Shown: positions 62,430 to 64,000 of the stretch, piece by piece
Position numbering within the stretch: position 1 is the first letter of the stretch
Layout of the letters: each line of letters opens with the position of its first letter
From: Octopus vulgaris
Lineage: Eukaryota
DNA length: 64,000 bases
Assembly (NCBI GenBank): GCA_951406725.2
Contig: OX597819.1
Span: 59,582,001-59,646,000 of the forward strand
Direction: 5' to 3'
The notes under the pieces: model-generated
Told to the model about the DNA's origin: nothing
What the model saw: only the letters and a program-made list of their open reading frames with translations
Databases searched by the model: none
Translations under genes and position numbers: made by a program

Positions 62430-62990
62430 AGCCACTTAGTGCAAGGAACTATGAAGAAGGAGAAATTAAGACGAAAAGAATAAGTTTACTTTAGACTTGA
62501 AAGAGTTCAGGTCATAAGAAGAGGGAAAACAATGAGATGGAAGAGAGTTCCAAAGTCTGGCAGTTCAAGGTAAAAAGTTACAACATAAGAAGACTTTCTT
62601 ATTCATGGAAGCACAACAGCATTTGAATGAAGATACTGTGTGTTTTGAGTTAGATGAGATGGCACAAAGTGATCCAGAACTAAGAGAGGAAATTCAACTA
62701 AGACTGATAATGTCACATCACTGTGACAAGAGTTGCAGAGTTGAGGCAAGAGAGGAACCAATCAAACTAGAGACTCACTTCTGAACTCAGTTGAGGTAGT
62801 ACGTATGTAGTACAAAATGGCATATATTACACTAAGTAAATCATAAAAATTTGATTGAGAGCAGTAGTTCTCAGAATGAAGGAAGAGAAAAATAAAATTT
62901 AGTGGTGAAATGTAGAAAGTCAAATATAATAGCTTAGTTTGCATCAAAGCAGTTTGTTTTGTATGTTTTTCAAAGATAACATGGGTTCGA
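62430..62990 (-). mobile_element. Decayed CR1/L2-group LINE 3' end
   Basis: Minus: FLP*TARLWNSLP motif at ~62540-62577. Confidence 0.55.
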
Positions 62991-64000
62991 TGGATAAATT
63001 TTTGAAGCAATATTTTATTGTTGGATGTCCTTCTTGCCATTAATCCTTGCCTGTTTTTTTTCAAATAAAAGATCTCTTATTGCACACAGCTTCAAAAGTA
63101 CAAAACAAATAGACAATTTGTTGACAGAGGAAATGACAAGATCACTGCTTGTAGCTCAGCAATTTTGAAGAAGTAAAAATGTAAACAAACAAGCACATAT
63201 ATACACACATGAATGCATGTGTGTGTACACACACACGTTTATATATATCTCAAGCTTCTTTCAATCAAATCTGTCTTTCAAATCCCCTCAACAAGCCTGT
63301 GGCTGTAGAAGACACTTGCTCAAGATACTGCACAGCAGGCTGGTCCCCATAATCTGTGTATGTGTGTGTACACACATATACACCCGTATATATGTGTGTG
63401 TGTGTAAGCTTGTATGTATATGTATGTTGAGTGGTTGGTTTTAGGAAGGGCACCCAGCTATAAAGACAGTCACAGAAGTCTCGTACAGGCTTCAGCCTGA
63501 CCGGCTTTTGTGATACCGTCCCAGCTATGATAGCATGGAACATGGACGTTTAATGATGATGATGATGATGGCGATATATGCATATACTAAGACTGGTCCA
63601 GAAATTTTTAAAGGAAAAGGTAAAATAATAATCGCTATGCTGAATTGAATCAGCATACAATTGATTCTTACTTCCTCGGGAAGTAGATGAAAATAAAGGG
63701 CAAAGTTAACTCTGATGGTCGAAATTGATTAAATTAACAGAGTCTGACCTCAAAATTGTGTTACAAAAATTTTAATTAAGAAAAAATATTCTATCTATAT
63801 ATTATGTAATCATGACATTACCATACAAAAATCGTCTTAAAAAGTTGCATGAAGTCTAAATGCTGCAGATTGCTCATACCTCCTCTAACTGGTCACAACC
63901 TCTGAATATGCAAAACCCTGAACACTGTTTGTGCTAATTATTTATGCATAGTATTTTTGTTTCTGTTACTTCTTGTAATGATGATCAATGCTATCTTATT

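Overview
AT-rich, repeat-dense eukaryotic DNA, most likely an Octopus genome (inferred from the SINE, RTE and microsatellite landscape). The main gene is a divergent MTBP (Mdm2-binding protein, metazoan Sld7) on the + strand. I assembled 17 phase-consistent exons by hand (10746-62204, 2099 coding nt, ~700 codons); the 3' end lies beyond the window. One MTBP intron (50118-50899) has U12-type (minor spliceosome) signals. Four small phase-consistent exons at 1458-9959 may be the 3' end of an unidentified upstream + strand gene. The rest is intronic repeat: tRNA-SINEs, many 5'-truncated RTE LINE 3' ends, R4/Dong fragments in (TAA)n, Tc1/mariner relics, hAT and piggyBac-like MITEs, Helentron-type elements and microsatellites. 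The RTE 3'UTR carries a covarying hairpin and modular repeats, including one ~350-bp head-to-tail triplication. Most ORFs in the supplied track are repeat artefacts. Homology calls are by eye from remembered sequences, not from database searches.
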